Part shown: in pieces, positions 25,148 to 34,879 of the stretch
How positions within the stretch are numbered: position 1 is the first letter of the stretch
Layout of the letters: every line of letters begins with the position of its first letter
Origin: Euzebyales bacterium
GTDB taxonomy: Bacteria; Actinomycetota; Nitriliruptoria; Euzebyales; JAHELV01
DNA: 64,000 nucleotides
NCBI GenBank assembly: GCA_036374135.1
Contig: DASUUK010000031.1
Location: 19,084-83,083, forward strand
Direction of reading: 5' to 3'
Notes under the pieces: model-generated
Told to the model about the DNA's origin: nothing
The model's database searches: none
What the model saw: only the letters and a program-made list of their open reading frames with translations
Made by a program: the position numbers and the translations under genes

Positions 25148-26485
25148 GTGCTTCAGCGCCGGCGATCGTCGCCCGCGCGCCTGATCGCCCTGTCCTTCCT
25201 GGCGGCGATCGCCGTCGGCGCCGTGCTGCTGTCACTGCCGATGTCGCACGCTGACGGGGTCCGCGTCACCGTGCTCGACGCGTTGTTCACCGCGACCAGC
25301 GCGGTCTGCGTGACCGGCCTCGTCGTGGTCGACACCGGCACCGCGTTCAGCCGCTTCGACCAGTTCGTGATCATGGCGCTGTTCCAACTCGGTGGCCTCG
25401 GCCTGCTGACGCTCGGCACGGTGCTGACGCTGGCGACCGGCCGCCGGTTGGGATACGGCGCGCGGATCCGCATCCGGGAGCAGGTCAGCGCCACCGACCT
25501 GGGCAGCGTGCTGTTGCTGGTGCGGTCGATCGTCGTGCTGGTCGCCGTCGTGGAAGGCGTCGGCGCCGTGCTGCTGGCCGGCCCGTTCGTCCGCGCGGAG
25601 GGTTGGACGGCCGGCGTCTTCCACGCCGTGTTCCACAGCGTCAGCGCGTTCAACAACGCCGGCTTCGCGCTCTACGCCGACAGCCTGTCCGGCTTCGCAT
25701 CAAACCCGCTGATGAACGCCACCGTGATCGGCCTGATCGTGATCGGCGGGCTCGGGTTCGTGGTGATCGTGAACCTGATCGGGCACTACCGACCGTCACA
25801 ACGTGCCCGGGTGACGTTGCACACCCGCATGGCCGTCAGCATCACGATCCTCCTGGTCGCGGCTGCCGCCGTGACCTTTCTGCTGCTGGAGTGGGGCAAT
25901 CCCGAGACGTTGCAGCCAATGGCGGTGCCCGATCGCCTGCAGGCGAGCCCGTTCCAGGCGGTCACGCCGCGCACGGCGGGCTTCAACACGCTCGACTACG
26001 CGAGCATGAACACGTCCACGGTGCTGTTCACCATCCTGCTGATGTTCATCGGCGGCAACCCGGGATCGACGGCTGGCGGCATCAAGACGCTGACGTTCTT
26101 CGTGCTGGTGATCGCGGCGTGGAGCGTCATTCGTCGCCGTCCGGACATCTCTGCCTTCAACCGGCGGATCGCTCCGGGCACGGTGGTGCGCGCCGGCGTG
26201 ATCGGCTTCAGCGGTGTGATGGTGTGCGGTGCGGCGTTGACGCTGCTGGCGATCACCGAACCCGACATCACACTGTCCGCGCTGCTGTTCGAGACGGTCT
26301 CGGCATTCGGCACCGTCGGGCTGTCGCTGGGCGCGACCGCTGACCTCAGCCCCTTCGGCCGCATCGTTATCATGCTGTTGATGTACCTCGGTCGCATCGG
26401 GTTCATGACGTTCGCGCTGACGCTGGTCGCAGAGCACCCGGCCCGGGAGATCCGCTACCCGGCCGAGGACGTCGTGATCGGATGA
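25148..26485 (+). CDS. ktrB: TrkH/KtrB family K+ uptake membrane subunit
   Basis: This lies within ORF 24659..26485. The GTG at 25148 is preceded by GGAGGAGGA. It has selectivity-filter-like repeats: TATSAVCVTGL, SAFNNAGF, TPRTAGFN, VSAFGTVGLS. Confidence 0.9.
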   Translation: MLQRRRSSPARLIALSFLAAIAVGAVLLSLPMSHADGVRVTVLDALFTATSAVCVTGLVVVDTGTAFSRFDQFVIMALFQLGGLGLLTLGTVLTLATGRRLGYGARIRIREQVSATDLGSVLLLVRSIVVLVAVVEGVGAVLLAGPFVRAEGWTAGVFHAVFHSVSAFNNAGFALYADSLSGFASNPLMNATVIGLIVIGGLGFVVIVNLIGHYRPSQRARVTLHTRMAVSITILLVAAAAVTFLLLEWGNPETLQPMAVPDRLQASPFQAVTPRTAGFNTLDYASMNTSTVLFTILLMFIGGNPGSTAGGIKTLTFFVLVIAAWSVIRRRPDISAFNRRIAPGTVVRAGVIGFSGVMVCGAALTLLAITEPDITLSALLFETVSAFGTVGLSLGATADLSPFGRIVIMLLMYLGRIGFMTFALTLVAEHPAREIRYPAEDVVIG

Positions 26486-27153
26486 CCACCAACCAGTACC
26501 TCATCATCGGCGCCGGCCGGTTCGGCGCCGCGATGGCAGAGACGCTGTCGAACCTCGGCCACGAGGTGGTGGTCGTCGACAACGACGAGCAGGCGATCGA
26601 CGCCGTCGTCGACAAGGTCACACACGCGGTGATCCTCGACGCCACCAACGAGGATGCGCTGGCCAAGCTCGGCATCGCCGAGTTCGACACCGTCGTCGTG
26701 GCCATCGGGCAGAACCTGCAGGCCAGCATCCTGGCGACCGTGGCCGCCAAGGGCGTCGGTGCGCGCCACCTGATCAGCAAGGCCGACACCGCGCTCACCG
26801 CGCGGGTGCTGGCCAGCGTCGGTGCCGACGAGGTCGTCAGACCGGAGCACGACATGGGCATGCGACTGGCACGCCAGCTCGCGACGCCGGGCATCATCCA
26901 CGCCTTCGAGCTGGGGCAGGACCACCGGGTCGCCGAGGTCGAGATCATCACGCAGGAGCTGCAGGGCAGCCTCGCGGACCTCTCGCTGCCTCGCCGCTTC
27001 GGCGTGCAGGTGATCGCAGTGCGCCGCGATGGCGGCCTCGCTGTCAATCCCGATGCCGACTACGAGCTGCTCACCGGAGATCGCCTCGTGGTCGTCAGCG
27101 GTCACGACGACTTCGACCGGTTCCACGCCCACGTGTCGAAGCGGCAGACGTGA
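26482..27153 (+). CDS. ktrA: TrkA/KtrA K+ uptake regulatory subunit (RCK_N + RCK_C)
   Basis: ORF 26482..27153. Its ATG overlaps the ktrB stop (ATGA). It has the Rossmann motif IIGAGRFGAAMAETL. Confidence 0.9.
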   Translation: MTTNQYLIIGAGRFGAAMAETLSNLGHEVVVVDNDEQAIDAVVDKVTHAVILDATNEDALAKLGIAEFDTVVVAIGQNLQASILATVAAKGVGARHLISKADTALTARVLASVGADEVVRPEHDMGMRLARQLATPGIIHAFELGQDHRVAEVEIITQELQGSLADLSLPRRFGVQVIAVRRDGGLAVNPDADYELLTGDRLVVVSGHDDFDRFHAHVSKRQT

Positions 27154-28073
27154 CCGAGGCGTCGTGGAGCGGTCGTGCGATGTCGCTGCTCCGCCGCGCC
27201 AGCGGCGTCGCAGGCGATCTGCTGCATCGTCGACGGGTGGTCATGAACCTCACGCTGGGTCTGCTGTTCGCCGGCCTGCTCGTCGACATGACGACCACGC
27301 AGGATCTGGTCGTCGCGATCATCTTCAACATCCCGATCGCCGTATCCGGTCTCGCGCACTCGCGTCGCCTCACGACGTGGACGATCGTCCTCGCGCTCGC
27401 CGCGAACGTGGCCGCCGCGTACGAGAACGCGCTGGTGTTCTCGCGGTACGACGCGATCACCCTGGTCAACCGTGGCCTGTCGGCGTTGTCATTTCTGATC
27501 GTCGGCGGCATGACGCTGTTGCGTGTGGGCGCGGTGGACCAGGTCGAGCACCTCGCGGTCGTGCGTCGGGCCGCGGATCGCGAGCGCGCGCTGCGGCGGT
27601 TCGCGACGGATCTCGGCTCGGCCGATGACGCGGACAACCTGGTTGACCGTGCCGCGCTGTCGCTGCGTGAGCTGCTCGAGGCTGACGCACTCGTCATCGC
27701 GACGCTCGACGGCGAACGGTTCACCGAGCCGCGGTGGGCCGACGGCAACGCGGGCGATCTGGCCGAGCCCGGGCAACTGGCGTCATGGGCGGTCGACGCG
27801 ATCCCGACGACGGAGGCGCCGGCGATCACGGTGCGAACCGAGCGCGGGCTGATCACCAGTGGCCGGTGGCGGCGGGCCGAGACCCACGATCTCATCGTCG
27901 TGGCCGACCGCCCGCAGGCCGACAAGCCGTCGGTGCTGCTGTGCGAGGCGCTCCACGCGCTCGTGCCCCTGCTCGAACGTGTGGACCGGCAGGAATCGGA
28001 CGCGCCGTCGACGGTGCCTCCCGACGCCGCGTCGACGGTGCCACTCGACTCGGCCGAGGCCGCGCAGGCCTGA
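27150..28073 (+). CDS. membrane protein: 4 predicted TM helices plus cytoplasmic GAF-like domain, no output domain
   Basis: ORF 27150..28073. Its GTG overlaps the ktrA stop (GTGA). There are four hydrophobic segments between residues 30 and 130. A coiled linker (RRAADRERALRRF) follows, then a roughly 130-aa alpha/beta region. The GAF assignment is by eye only. Confidence 0.55.
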   Translation: MTEASWSGRAMSLLRRASGVAGDLLHRRRVVMNLTLGLLFAGLLVDMTTTQDLVVAIIFNIPIAVSGLAHSRRLTTWTIVLALAANVAAAYENALVFSRYDAITLVNRGLSALSFLIVGGMTLLRVGAVDQVEHLAVVRRAADRERALRRFATDLGSADDADNLVDRAALSLRELLEADALVIATLDGERFTEPRWADGNAGDLAEPGQLASWAVDAIPTTEAPAITVRTERGLITSGRWRRAETHDLIVVADRPQADKPSVLLCEALHALVPLLERVDRQESDAPSTVPPDAASTVPLDSAEAAQA

Positions 28074-28117
28074 CGGCGGCCTCGTCTCGCGGCCGTGGCT
28101 GCCGCGCGGGACGCCGA

Positions 28118-29080
28118 TCAGGTGCGCGCACGCCGCCGGCGGTCGATGGCGGCGTTGATCTCGCCGCCGAACAGCACCGCGACGCTGGACAGGAACACCC
28201 ACAGGACGGTCGCGACCAGGGCGCCCAGCGCGCGACCGACCGAGGTCAGTGCGTCCGTCGACAGCTCCAGACCCTGCCCCGGGTTGATGCCGGCGGCCAG
28301 GTAGGCGCGGAAGCCGGCGGCAGCCACCAACCACGCGAGCACGGCGACGACCGCGCCTGGCAGCGAGTGGCGCCACCCCAGGCGCCGTGCGGGCACGAAG
28401 CGGTAGACGACCAGCAGGAAGACCGCGAGCACCGCGCCGAGCACCGGCCAGCGGAACACGCCCCACAGCACCGTGAACGTCGAGCTCAGGTCGAACTGCT
28501 CCGCCAGCTCCCGTGCGCCGCCCAGCAATGGTCCGAACACCAGCAGCATCACCTGCACGGTGATGACCACCAGCGAACTCAGCGCGAGCACCACCGCGAT
28601 CGCCCGACGCTTGAGGACCGTCCGCGCGCCGATGGCGTCGTAGGCCAGATCGAGCGCCAGCACAGCGGGCAGGAACACGCGGCTGGCCAGCCACAGCCCG
28701 GCCACGAGACCCCCGATCGCCAGACCACCGCGCGCCTGCTCGAGCTGGGCCTGCACGTACGGAGCGGCGACGTCGACGACCAGGTCGGGGCCGAGGATGA
28801 TCGTCATCACCTCGGTGACCACCCGCTCGGTCTGCTCGACGCTTTCGGGTCCCGCCCACGGCTCGATGTAGCCGAGCACGCCGCCGAACGCCACCGTGAA
28901 CGGGACCAACGCCAGCGATGCGAAGAACGCCATCTCGGCCGCCAGCCCGGTGATCCGGTGCTGCAATCCTGCGCGCAGCGCGTCGACCAGGATCTCCCAC
29001 GGGTTGTAGCCGCGCAGCCGCAGTCCCTGCCGTGCGGTCCAGGCATCGACACGACCGCTCATCGTGTCGTCCGTCGTCAT
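28118..29080 (-). CDS. YihY/BrkB family membrane protein
   Basis: This lies within ORF 28118..29194, using the ATG at 29080 (MTTDDTMSG). It has GLAAEMAFFASLALVPF, multiple TM segments and a C-terminal VAVLFGGEINAAI. Confidence 0.8.
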   Translation of the reverse strand: MTTDDTMSGRVDAWTARQGLRLRGYNPWEILVDALRAGLQHRITGLAAEMAFFASLALVPFTVAFGGVLGYIEPWAGPESVEQTERVVTEVMTIILGPDLVVDVAAPYVQAQLEQARGGLAIGGLVAGLWLASRVFLPAVLALDLAYDAIGARTVLKRRAIAVVLALSSLVVITVQVMLLVFGPLLGGARELAEQFDLSSTFTVLWGVFRWPVLGAVLAVFLLVVYRFVPARRLGWRHSLPGAVVAVLAWLVAAAGFRAYLAAGINPGQGLELSTDALTSVGRALGALVATVLWVFLSSVAVLFGGEINAAIDRRRRART

Positions 29081-29300
29081 GTGCGGGTGCCGTGGACCGC
29101 CATGATGCGAGGATACCGGGCGACCATCACACGCAGTAGGGGTGCCCGGTCGTGCGGCGTCCGCGTCGTCCACCTTGGTCGCCCGGGCCGGCATGCCGCC
29201 CGACGCGTCGATGCCTGCCAGCCGCCCGACGCCCCGGTCAGCGAGCCACTCGACTGACGATCACGATCCATCCGGTGCTGACACCCGCAGCTCGGATGTC

Positions 29301-29333
29301 TATGATGCTTATCTGCGCGGATACGAAGATAAG
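29301..29333 (+). promoter_or_regulatory. candidate -10 (TATGAT) plus 7-12-7 inverted repeat operator upstream of the CDF-ArsR operon
   Basis: TATGAT lies at 29301-29306. CTTATCT (29308-29314) and AGATAAG (29327-29333) are perfect reverse complements separated by 12 nt, with a nested TATC-n6-GATA. This is the only AT-rich patch in the 260-bp divergent intergenic region. It ends 8 nt before the CDF ATG. Confidence 0.45.
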
Positions 29334-29340
29334 AGAGGCG

Positions 29341-30441
29341 ATGAACAACTCGGGACGCGGACCCGGTGCTGTGGCGGGGGAACGCGGTCGGCACGACGGT
29401 GAGACCCCGCATGGTGTCGGCGGAAACGGTGATCACGTCGGCCATGACGCCCACGACAACGGGCACGACACGGGCGTGCGTGCGCGCCTGCTTGAGCTGG
29501 TCCGCCCACACAGCCACGATCCGGCCGCCGCGACCGACAGCGCGCTCGAGGCAAGCACGGAGGGCATCCGCGCGGTCAAGCTCTCGCTGCTCGGCCTCGG
29601 AGCGACGGCGCTCGCGCAACTGGCCATCTATGCCGTGAGCGGCTCGGTTGCGCTGCTGGCTGACACGGTCCACAACTTCTCGGACGCGCTGACGGCCATC
29701 CCGCTGTGGATCGCGTTCCGTGTCAGCCGCCGCGCCGGCAGCGACCGCTTCACCTACGGCTACGGCCGCGCCGAGGACCTCGCAGGCCTGTTCATCGTCG
29801 CCATGATCGCGCTGTCGGCGGTGGTGGCCGCGTGGGAGGCCGTCGATCGTCTGCTCGAGCCGCGCCCCGTCGCGCACGTGTGGTGGGTGGCCGCCGCCGG
29901 AGTGGTCGGTGCGCTCGGCAACGAGGCCGTCGCGCGCTACCGCATCCGCGTCGGCCGCCGCATCGGCTCGGCCGCACTGGTCGCCGACGGCCTGCACGCC
30001 CGGACCGACAGCCTGACGTCGGGTGCCGTGGCGGGCGGCGCGCTGGGGGTCGGACTCGGCTTCCCGATCGCCGACCCCGTGGTCGGCCTGGGCATCGCGA
30101 CCATGATCCTGGTCGTGCTCCGGCAGGCGGCGCGTGACGTCTTCGGCCGGCTGATGGACAGCGTCGATCCGGCGTTGACCCGACGCGTCCGTGATGTGGC
30201 GGCGGGCGTCGACGGCGTGCGGTCGGTCGACGCATCGCGCGTGCGGTGGATCGGCAACCGCCTGCGCGCCGAGCTCGACGTGCGGTGTGACGGGGATGCC
30301 ACGCTGGCGGTCGCGCACGATGTGGCGACCACGGTCGAGCACGCCCTCGTCCACCACGTGCCCCGGCTGCGGTGGGCCACCGTGCACGTCGGGCCGACCG
30401 GCGACGGTCACCACGACGCGATCGCGCACCACGACCGGTGA
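29341..30441 (+). CDS. cation diffusion facilitator (CDF) family metal efflux transporter with His-rich N-terminus
   Basis: This uses the ATG at 29341 within ORF 29152..30441. CDF blocks are present: LLADTVHNFSDAL, YGYGRAEDLAG and ALVADGLHARTDSLTS. The N-terminus is His-rich: HGVGGNGDHVGHDAHDNGHD. Confidence 0.85.
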   Translation: MNNSGRGPGAVAGERGRHDGETPHGVGGNGDHVGHDAHDNGHDTGVRARLLELVRPHSHDPAAATDSALEASTEGIRAVKLSLLGLGATALAQLAIYAVSGSVALLADTVHNFSDALTAIPLWIAFRVSRRAGSDRFTYGYGRAEDLAGLFIVAMIALSAVVAAWEAVDRLLEPRPVAHVWWVAAAGVVGALGNEAVARYRIRVGRRIGSAALVADGLHARTDSLTSGAVAGGALGVGLGFPIADPVVGLGIATMILVVLRQAARDVFGRLMDSVDPALTRRVRDVAAGVDGVRSVDASRVRWIGNRLRAELDVRCDGDATLAVAHDVATTVEHALVHHVPRLRWATVHVGPTGDGHHDAIAHHDR

Positions 30442-30797
30442 CGACGCCGCCCGACCACGTGCACGCGTTCGCCTATCCGGCGGACGACGCCGTCGACATC
30501 GCGGCCGAGACGTTCCGGATGCTCGGCGATCCGACCCGCATCCGCATCGTGCTGCGCCTGCTGGAGGCCGGCGAGCTGTCGGTCAACGCGCTGGCCGACG
30601 CGGTCGGCCGCACGCCCAGCGCGATCTCCCAGCACCTCGCCAAGCTGCGACTCGCCCGTCTGGTGGCCACGCGTCGCGACGGCACGACCGTGCACTACCG
30701 CATCGACAACGTGCACCTGCGGCAGCTCGTCGAGGACGCGTTGTTCCACACCGACCACGTCGAGCGCGGTCTGGGCGACCATCCTCCGACGCGCTGA
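30438..30797 (+). CDS. ArsR/SmtB family metalloregulator
   Basis: This lies within ORF 30372..30797. The GTG at 30438 overlaps the CDF stop (GTGA). It has FRMLGDPTRIRIVLRLLEAGELSVNALADAVGRTPSAISQHLAKLRLARLV. Confidence 0.85.
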   Translation: MTTPPDHVHAFAYPADDAVDIAAETFRMLGDPTRIRIVLRLLEAGELSVNALADAVGRTPSAISQHLAKLRLARLVATRRDGTTVHYRIDNVHLRQLVEDALFHTDHVERGLGDHPPTR

Positions 30798-30935
30798 GGC
30801 GCGCCCGCGGACGTCCGCGCGTTGGGGGACACCTTCAGTGGCGGCGTCCGTGAGCGGCTGGTTCGTGCCGCAGGACACGACGCGCGGCACTCTCCGCGCT
30901 GGGCAACCCCGGCGCGACGTGGCACGATCGTGCAC

Positions 30936-31379
30936 ATGGCCAACAGATCCGCCAGGGCGCAGCACCTGCGTGACCTCGCGCAGCTGCGCCGCGTGCGCGA
31001 CCGGATCGACCGGGAGTACGCGCAGCCGCTGGATGTCGAGGCGCTCGCCCGGGGCGCGCACATGTCGGCCGGGCACCTCAGCCGTCAGTTCCGGCTCGCG
31101 TACGGCGAGTCACCGTACGCCTACCTGCTGACGCGGCGCATCGAGCGCGCGATGGCGTTGCTGCGTCGTGGTGACCTCAGCGTCACCGAGGTCTGCTTCG
31201 CGGTCGGTTGCGCATCGCTGGGCACCTTCAGCACCCGGTTCACCGAGCTGGTCGGGGTGCCGCCCAGCGTCTACCGGCGCCAGGGGGCGCGTGCGACCGT
31301 GGGGATGCCGTCGTGTGTGGCGAAGCAGGTGACCAGACCGATCAGGAATCGAGAAGCGCGGGTCGCGGGTCGCTCGTAG
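30936..31379 (+). CDS. AraC family transcriptional regulator (HTH-only, 147 aa)
   Basis: This uses the ATG at 30936 within ORF 30822..31379. It has the paired HTH LARGAHMSAGHLSRQFRLAYGESPYAYLLTRRIERAMALL...VTEVCFAVGCASLGTFSTRF. Confidence 0.85.
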   Translation: MANRSARAQHLRDLAQLRRVRDRIDREYAQPLDVEALARGAHMSAGHLSRQFRLAYGESPYAYLLTRRIERAMALLRRGDLSVTEVCFAVGCASLGTFSTRFTELVGVPPSVYRRQGARATVGMPSCVAKQVTRPIRNREARVAGRS

Positions 31380-31380
31380 G

Positions 31381-31800
31381 GTGACCGTCATGGACATCAC
31401 AATTCACCACAGCTTCCTTCCGCAGAACGACCCGGACGCCGCACTGGCCTTCTACCGCGACACCCTCGGCTTCGAGGTCCGCAACGACGTCGGCTACCAG
31501 GGGATGCGCTGGATCACGGTCGGCCCGCCCGGCCAGCCGGGCACGTCCATCGTGCTGTTCCCGCCGGCGGCCACTCCGGGCCTGACCGACGACGAGCGTC
31601 ACACCATCGACGAGATGATGGCCAAGGGCACCTACGCCACGGTCGTCCTGGCGACCAAGGACCTCGACGGGGCGTTCGATCGGCTGCAGGCCGGCGACGC
31701 CGAGGTCGTCCAGGAGCCGACCGAGCAGCCGTACGGCATTCGCGACTGCGCCTTTCGTGATCCGGCGGGCAACCTGGTCCGGATCCAAGAGCTGCACTGA
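31381..31800 (+). CDS. VOC (glyoxalase/bleomycin-resistance/dioxygenase) family protein
   Basis: ORF 31381..31800, with an alternative ATG at 31390. It has ALAFYRDTLGFEV and a C-terminal YGIRDCAFRDPAGNLVRI. It starts 2 nt after the AraC stop. Confidence 0.85.
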   Translation: MTVMDITIHHSFLPQNDPDAALAFYRDTLGFEVRNDVGYQGMRWITVGPPGQPGTSIVLFPPAATPGLTDDERHTIDEMMAKGTYATVVLATKDLDGAFDRLQAGDAEVVQEPTEQPYGIRDCAFRDPAGNLVRIQELH

Positions 31801-31966
31801 GCCCTTCCGCGGTCGCAGCGCCCCGCTCCTGCGCGCAACGTCGCCGCGACACCGCGCACCGGTCACCCACGACGTCCATGTCCGGGTGACCGGTTCGTCG
31901 CGCATCAGGTTCGGACGGTGTGCGCCGACCACGTCGTACCGTTGCTGGCAACACATGGAGGGCACG

Positions 31967-34354
31967 ATGACCACGGCCACGAAGGCGGACGCGCACGCGC
32001 ACGCGGTGCACCCGGCCGACAGCCACGATCTGATCCGCGTGCACGGCGCGCGCGTGAACAACCTCGCCGACATCAGCGTCGAGCTGCCGAAGCGCCGGCT
32101 GACGGTGTTCACCGGCGTCTCCGGCTCGGGCAAGAGCTCGCTGGCGTTCGGGACGATCGCCGCGGAGTCGCAGCGACTCATCAACGAGACCTACAGCGCG
32201 TTCGTGCAGGGCTTCATGCCGACGCTGGCGCGTCCCGAGGTCGACGTGCTCGACGGCTTGACCACCGCGATCGTCGTCGACCAGGAGCGGATGGGTGCGG
32301 ACGCGCGCTCCACAGTGGGCACCGCCACCGACGCCAACGCGTTGCTGCGCATCCTGTTCAGTCGGCTCGGGGAGCCGCACATCGGTCCACCCAGCGCGTT
32401 CGCTTTCAACGTCCCGTCGGTCAAGGCGAGCGGTGCGATCGCCGTCGGCGGCGGCAAGGCCCAGAAGGTCAGCTTCTCCCGCACTGGCGGCATGTGCCCG
32501 CACTGTGAGGGACTCGGCACGGTCCCTGACATCGACCTGACCGAGGTCTTCGACGACGCGAAGTCGCTGGCCGAGGGCGCGATCAAGGTCCCGAACTACA
32601 CCGCGGACGGGTGGATGGTGACGCTGTACACCGAGTCCAGCTTCCTCGACCCGGACAAGCCGATCCGTGACTACACCGCGCAGGAGTTGCACGACTTCCT
32701 CCACCACGAGGGAGCGAAGGTCAAGGTCAACGGCGTCAACCGGACGTACGAGGGCCTGCTGGTGCGGCTACAGAAGTCGATGTTCTCCAAGGACCGCGAT
32801 TCGCTGCAGCCGCACATCCGACGGTTCGTGGAGCGTGCGGCCACCTTCAAGGCCTGCGCCGAGTGCGGCGGCACCCGCCTGGCCGAGGCGGCGCGGTCGT
32901 CGAAGATCGCCGGCATCCACCTCGGTGAGGCGGGTGCGATGCAGGTCAGCGATCTGGCGGCGTGGGTCCGCGACCTCGATGAGCCGTCGGTGGCGCCGTT
33001 GCTCGAGGGGTTGGGACAGATCCTCGACTCGTTCACCGAGATCGGGTTGGGCTACCTCGCGCTCGACCGGCCGTCAGGCACGTTGTCGGGCGGCGAGGCG
33101 CAGCGCGTCAAGATGATCCGCCACCTCGGCTCCTCGCTCACCGACGTCACCTACGTCTTCGACGAGCCGACGATCGGGCTGCACCCGCACGACGTGGCGC
33201 GGATGAACGACCTGCTGCGGGCGCTGCGGGACAAGGGCAACACGGTGCTCGTCGTGGAGCACGAGCCGGAGACGATCGCGATCGCCGACCACGTGGTCGA
33301 CCTCGGCCCCGGTGCCGGCACCGCTGGCGGCACGATCTGCTACGAGGGGACGGTCGAGGGGCTGCAGTCAAGCGGCACGGTCACCGGCCGCCACCTCGAC
33401 GACCGGGCTGCGCTCAAGGGGACGGTGCGCGAACCGACCGGTGCCCTGGAGATCCGCGGCGCGACGACGCACAATCTGTGTGACGTCGATGTCGACATCC
33501 CGCTTGGCGTCCTCTGTGTGATCACCGGCGTCGCGGGCTCGGGCAAGAGTTCGCTCGTGCACGGCTCGATCCCTCGCGGCGACGGTGTGATGGCGATCGA
33601 CCAGAGCGCGATCCGCGGCTCGACGCGGAGCTATCCGGCGACGTACACCGGACTGCTCGACCCGATCCGCAAGGCGTTCGCCAAGGCGAACGACGTGAAG
33701 CCGGCGCTGTTCAGCGCCAACTCCGAGGGTGCCTGCCCCACGTGCAACGGCGTCGGCGTCATCTACACGGAGCTCGGGTTCATGGACAGCGTCGCCTCCA
33801 CCTGCGAGGACTGTGACGGGAAGCGGTTCCAGGCGGCGGTGCTCGAGTACACCTTCGGTGGTCGCAGCATCGCTGAGGTGCTCGCAATGTCGGTGGCCGA
33901 GGCCATGGAGTTCTTCGGGGCCGGCGCGGCGCGCATCCCGGCGGCGCAGCGGATCCTGCAGCGGCTCGCCGATGTCGGACTCGGCTACCTCCGGCTCGGG
34001 CAGCCGCTGACCACGCTGTCCGGCGGTGAGCGGCAGCGGCTCAAGCTCGCCACGCACATGGCCGACAAGGGCGGCGTCTACATCCTCGACGAGCCGACCA
34101 CCGGCCTGCACCTCGCCGACGTCGAGCAGTTGCTCGGTCTGCTCGACCAACTCGTCGACTCCGGCACGTCGGTCATCGTCGTCGAGCACCACCAGGGGGT
34201 CATGGCCCACGCCGACTGGATCATCGACCTGGGTCCCGGGGCCGGCCACGACGGCGGACGGATCGTCTTCGAGGGCACCCCCGCCGATCTGATCGCCGAT
34301 CGCTCGAGCCTGACCGGCGAGCACCTCGCGGCCTATGTGGGCGCCGACATCTGA
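31967..34354 (+). CDS. UvrA paralog, class II type (excinuclease ABC subunit A-like, DrrC/Ecm16/UvrA2-like)
   Basis: This lies within ORF 31757..34354, using ATG 31967 or 31955. It has two ABC modules: [12 protein letters not shown]...LSGGEAQRV and [12 protein letters not shown]...LSGGERQRL. Cys-pair zinc modules are present (CPHCEG, CAECGG, CPTCNG, CEDCDG). At about 795 aa, it is shorter than a canonical UvrA of about 940-1000 aa, consistent with loss of the UvrB-binding domain. Confidence 0.85.
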   Translation: MTTATKADAHAHAVHPADSHDLIRVHGARVNNLADISVELPKRRLTVFTGVSGSGKSSLAFGTIAAESQRLINETYSAFVQGFMPTLARPEVDVLDGLTTAIVVDQERMGADARSTVGTATDANALLRILFSRLGEPHIGPPSAFAFNVPSVKASGAIAVGGGKAQKVSFSRTGGMCPHCEGLGTVPDIDLTEVFDDAKSLAEGAIKVPNYTADGWMVTLYTESSFLDPDKPIRDYTAQELHDFLHHEGAKVKVNGVNRTYEGLLVRLQKSMFSKDRDSLQPHIRRFVERAATFKACAECGGTRLAEAARSSKIAGIHLGEAGAMQVSDLAAWVRDLDEPSVAPLLEGLGQILDSFTEIGLGYLALDRPSGTLSGGEAQRVKMIRHLGSSLTDVTYVFDEPTIGLHPHDVARMNDLLRALRDKGNTVLVVEHEPETIAIADHVVDLGPGAGTAGGTICYEGTVEGLQSSGTVTGRHLDDRAALKGTVREPTGALEIRGATTHNLCDVDVDIPLGVLCVITGVAGSGKSSLVHGSIPRGDGVMAIDQSAIRGSTRSYPATYTGLLDPIRKAFAKANDVKPALFSANSEGACPTCNGVGVIYTELGFMDSVASTCEDCDGKRFQAAVLEYTFGGRSIAEVLAMSVAEAMEFFGAGAARIPAAQRILQRLADVGLGYLRLGQPLTTLSGGERQRLKLATHMADKGGVYILDEPTTGLHLADVEQLLGLLDQLVDSGTSVIVVEHHQGVMAHADWIIDLGPGAGHDGGRIVFEGTPADLIADRSSLTGEHLAAYVGADI

Positions 34355-34876
34355 GTGGGTGACATGCCAGACGACAGGCGTCCAGATCCCGCCCACGACG
34401 GCGCTGATCTTGCCCACAGCGCGGGCGATCCCACCGACGAACTCGCAGTGGCCAGTCGCGGGACCGCTGCATCCGCGCCGACACCGACCGCCGGGTACAT
34501 GCTGGCGCCGGACGAGGGCGTCGACGGTCGCGGTCCCGAGGTGAAGTGCTCGAACCGGTCGACCGGCGGCAGTCTGGCCATGTACCGCACCGTCGTCGAC
34601 GGTGACGGACCGCCGCTGCACGCGCACGCGCACGAGGACGAGACGATCGTCGTCCTCGAGGGCAGCATCGAGTGCCAGTGCGGCCACGACACGTGGAGCG
34701 GCGGCTGGGACGGTCCTTTCATGCCGCGCGGGTTGTCCCACACCTTCCGCTCGCTCGACGGTCCGGCCACGATCCTGTTCCTCGTCACCCCGGGCCACCT
34801 CGACGACTTCTTCCGCCTGCGGGAACGCGCCGTCGACTCCGCCCAGGTCGCCGAGCTTCTCCGACGGTTCCTGTAG
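34355..34876 (+). CDS. cupin domain protein
   Basis: ORF 34355..34876, starting directly after the UvrA-like stop. It has the cupin motifs PPLHAHAHEDETIVVLEG and FMPRGLSHTF. The start is uncertain, with an alternative ATG at 34499. Confidence 0.7.
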   Translation: MGDMPDDRRPDPAHDGADLAHSAGDPTDELAVASRGTAASAPTPTAGYMLAPDEGVDGRGPEVKCSNRSTGGSLAMYRTVVDGDGPPLHAHAHEDETIVVLEGSIECQCGHDTWSGGWDGPFMPRGLSHTFRSLDGPATILFLVTPGHLDDFFRLRERAVDSAQVAELLRRFL

Positions 34877-34879
34877 CGC

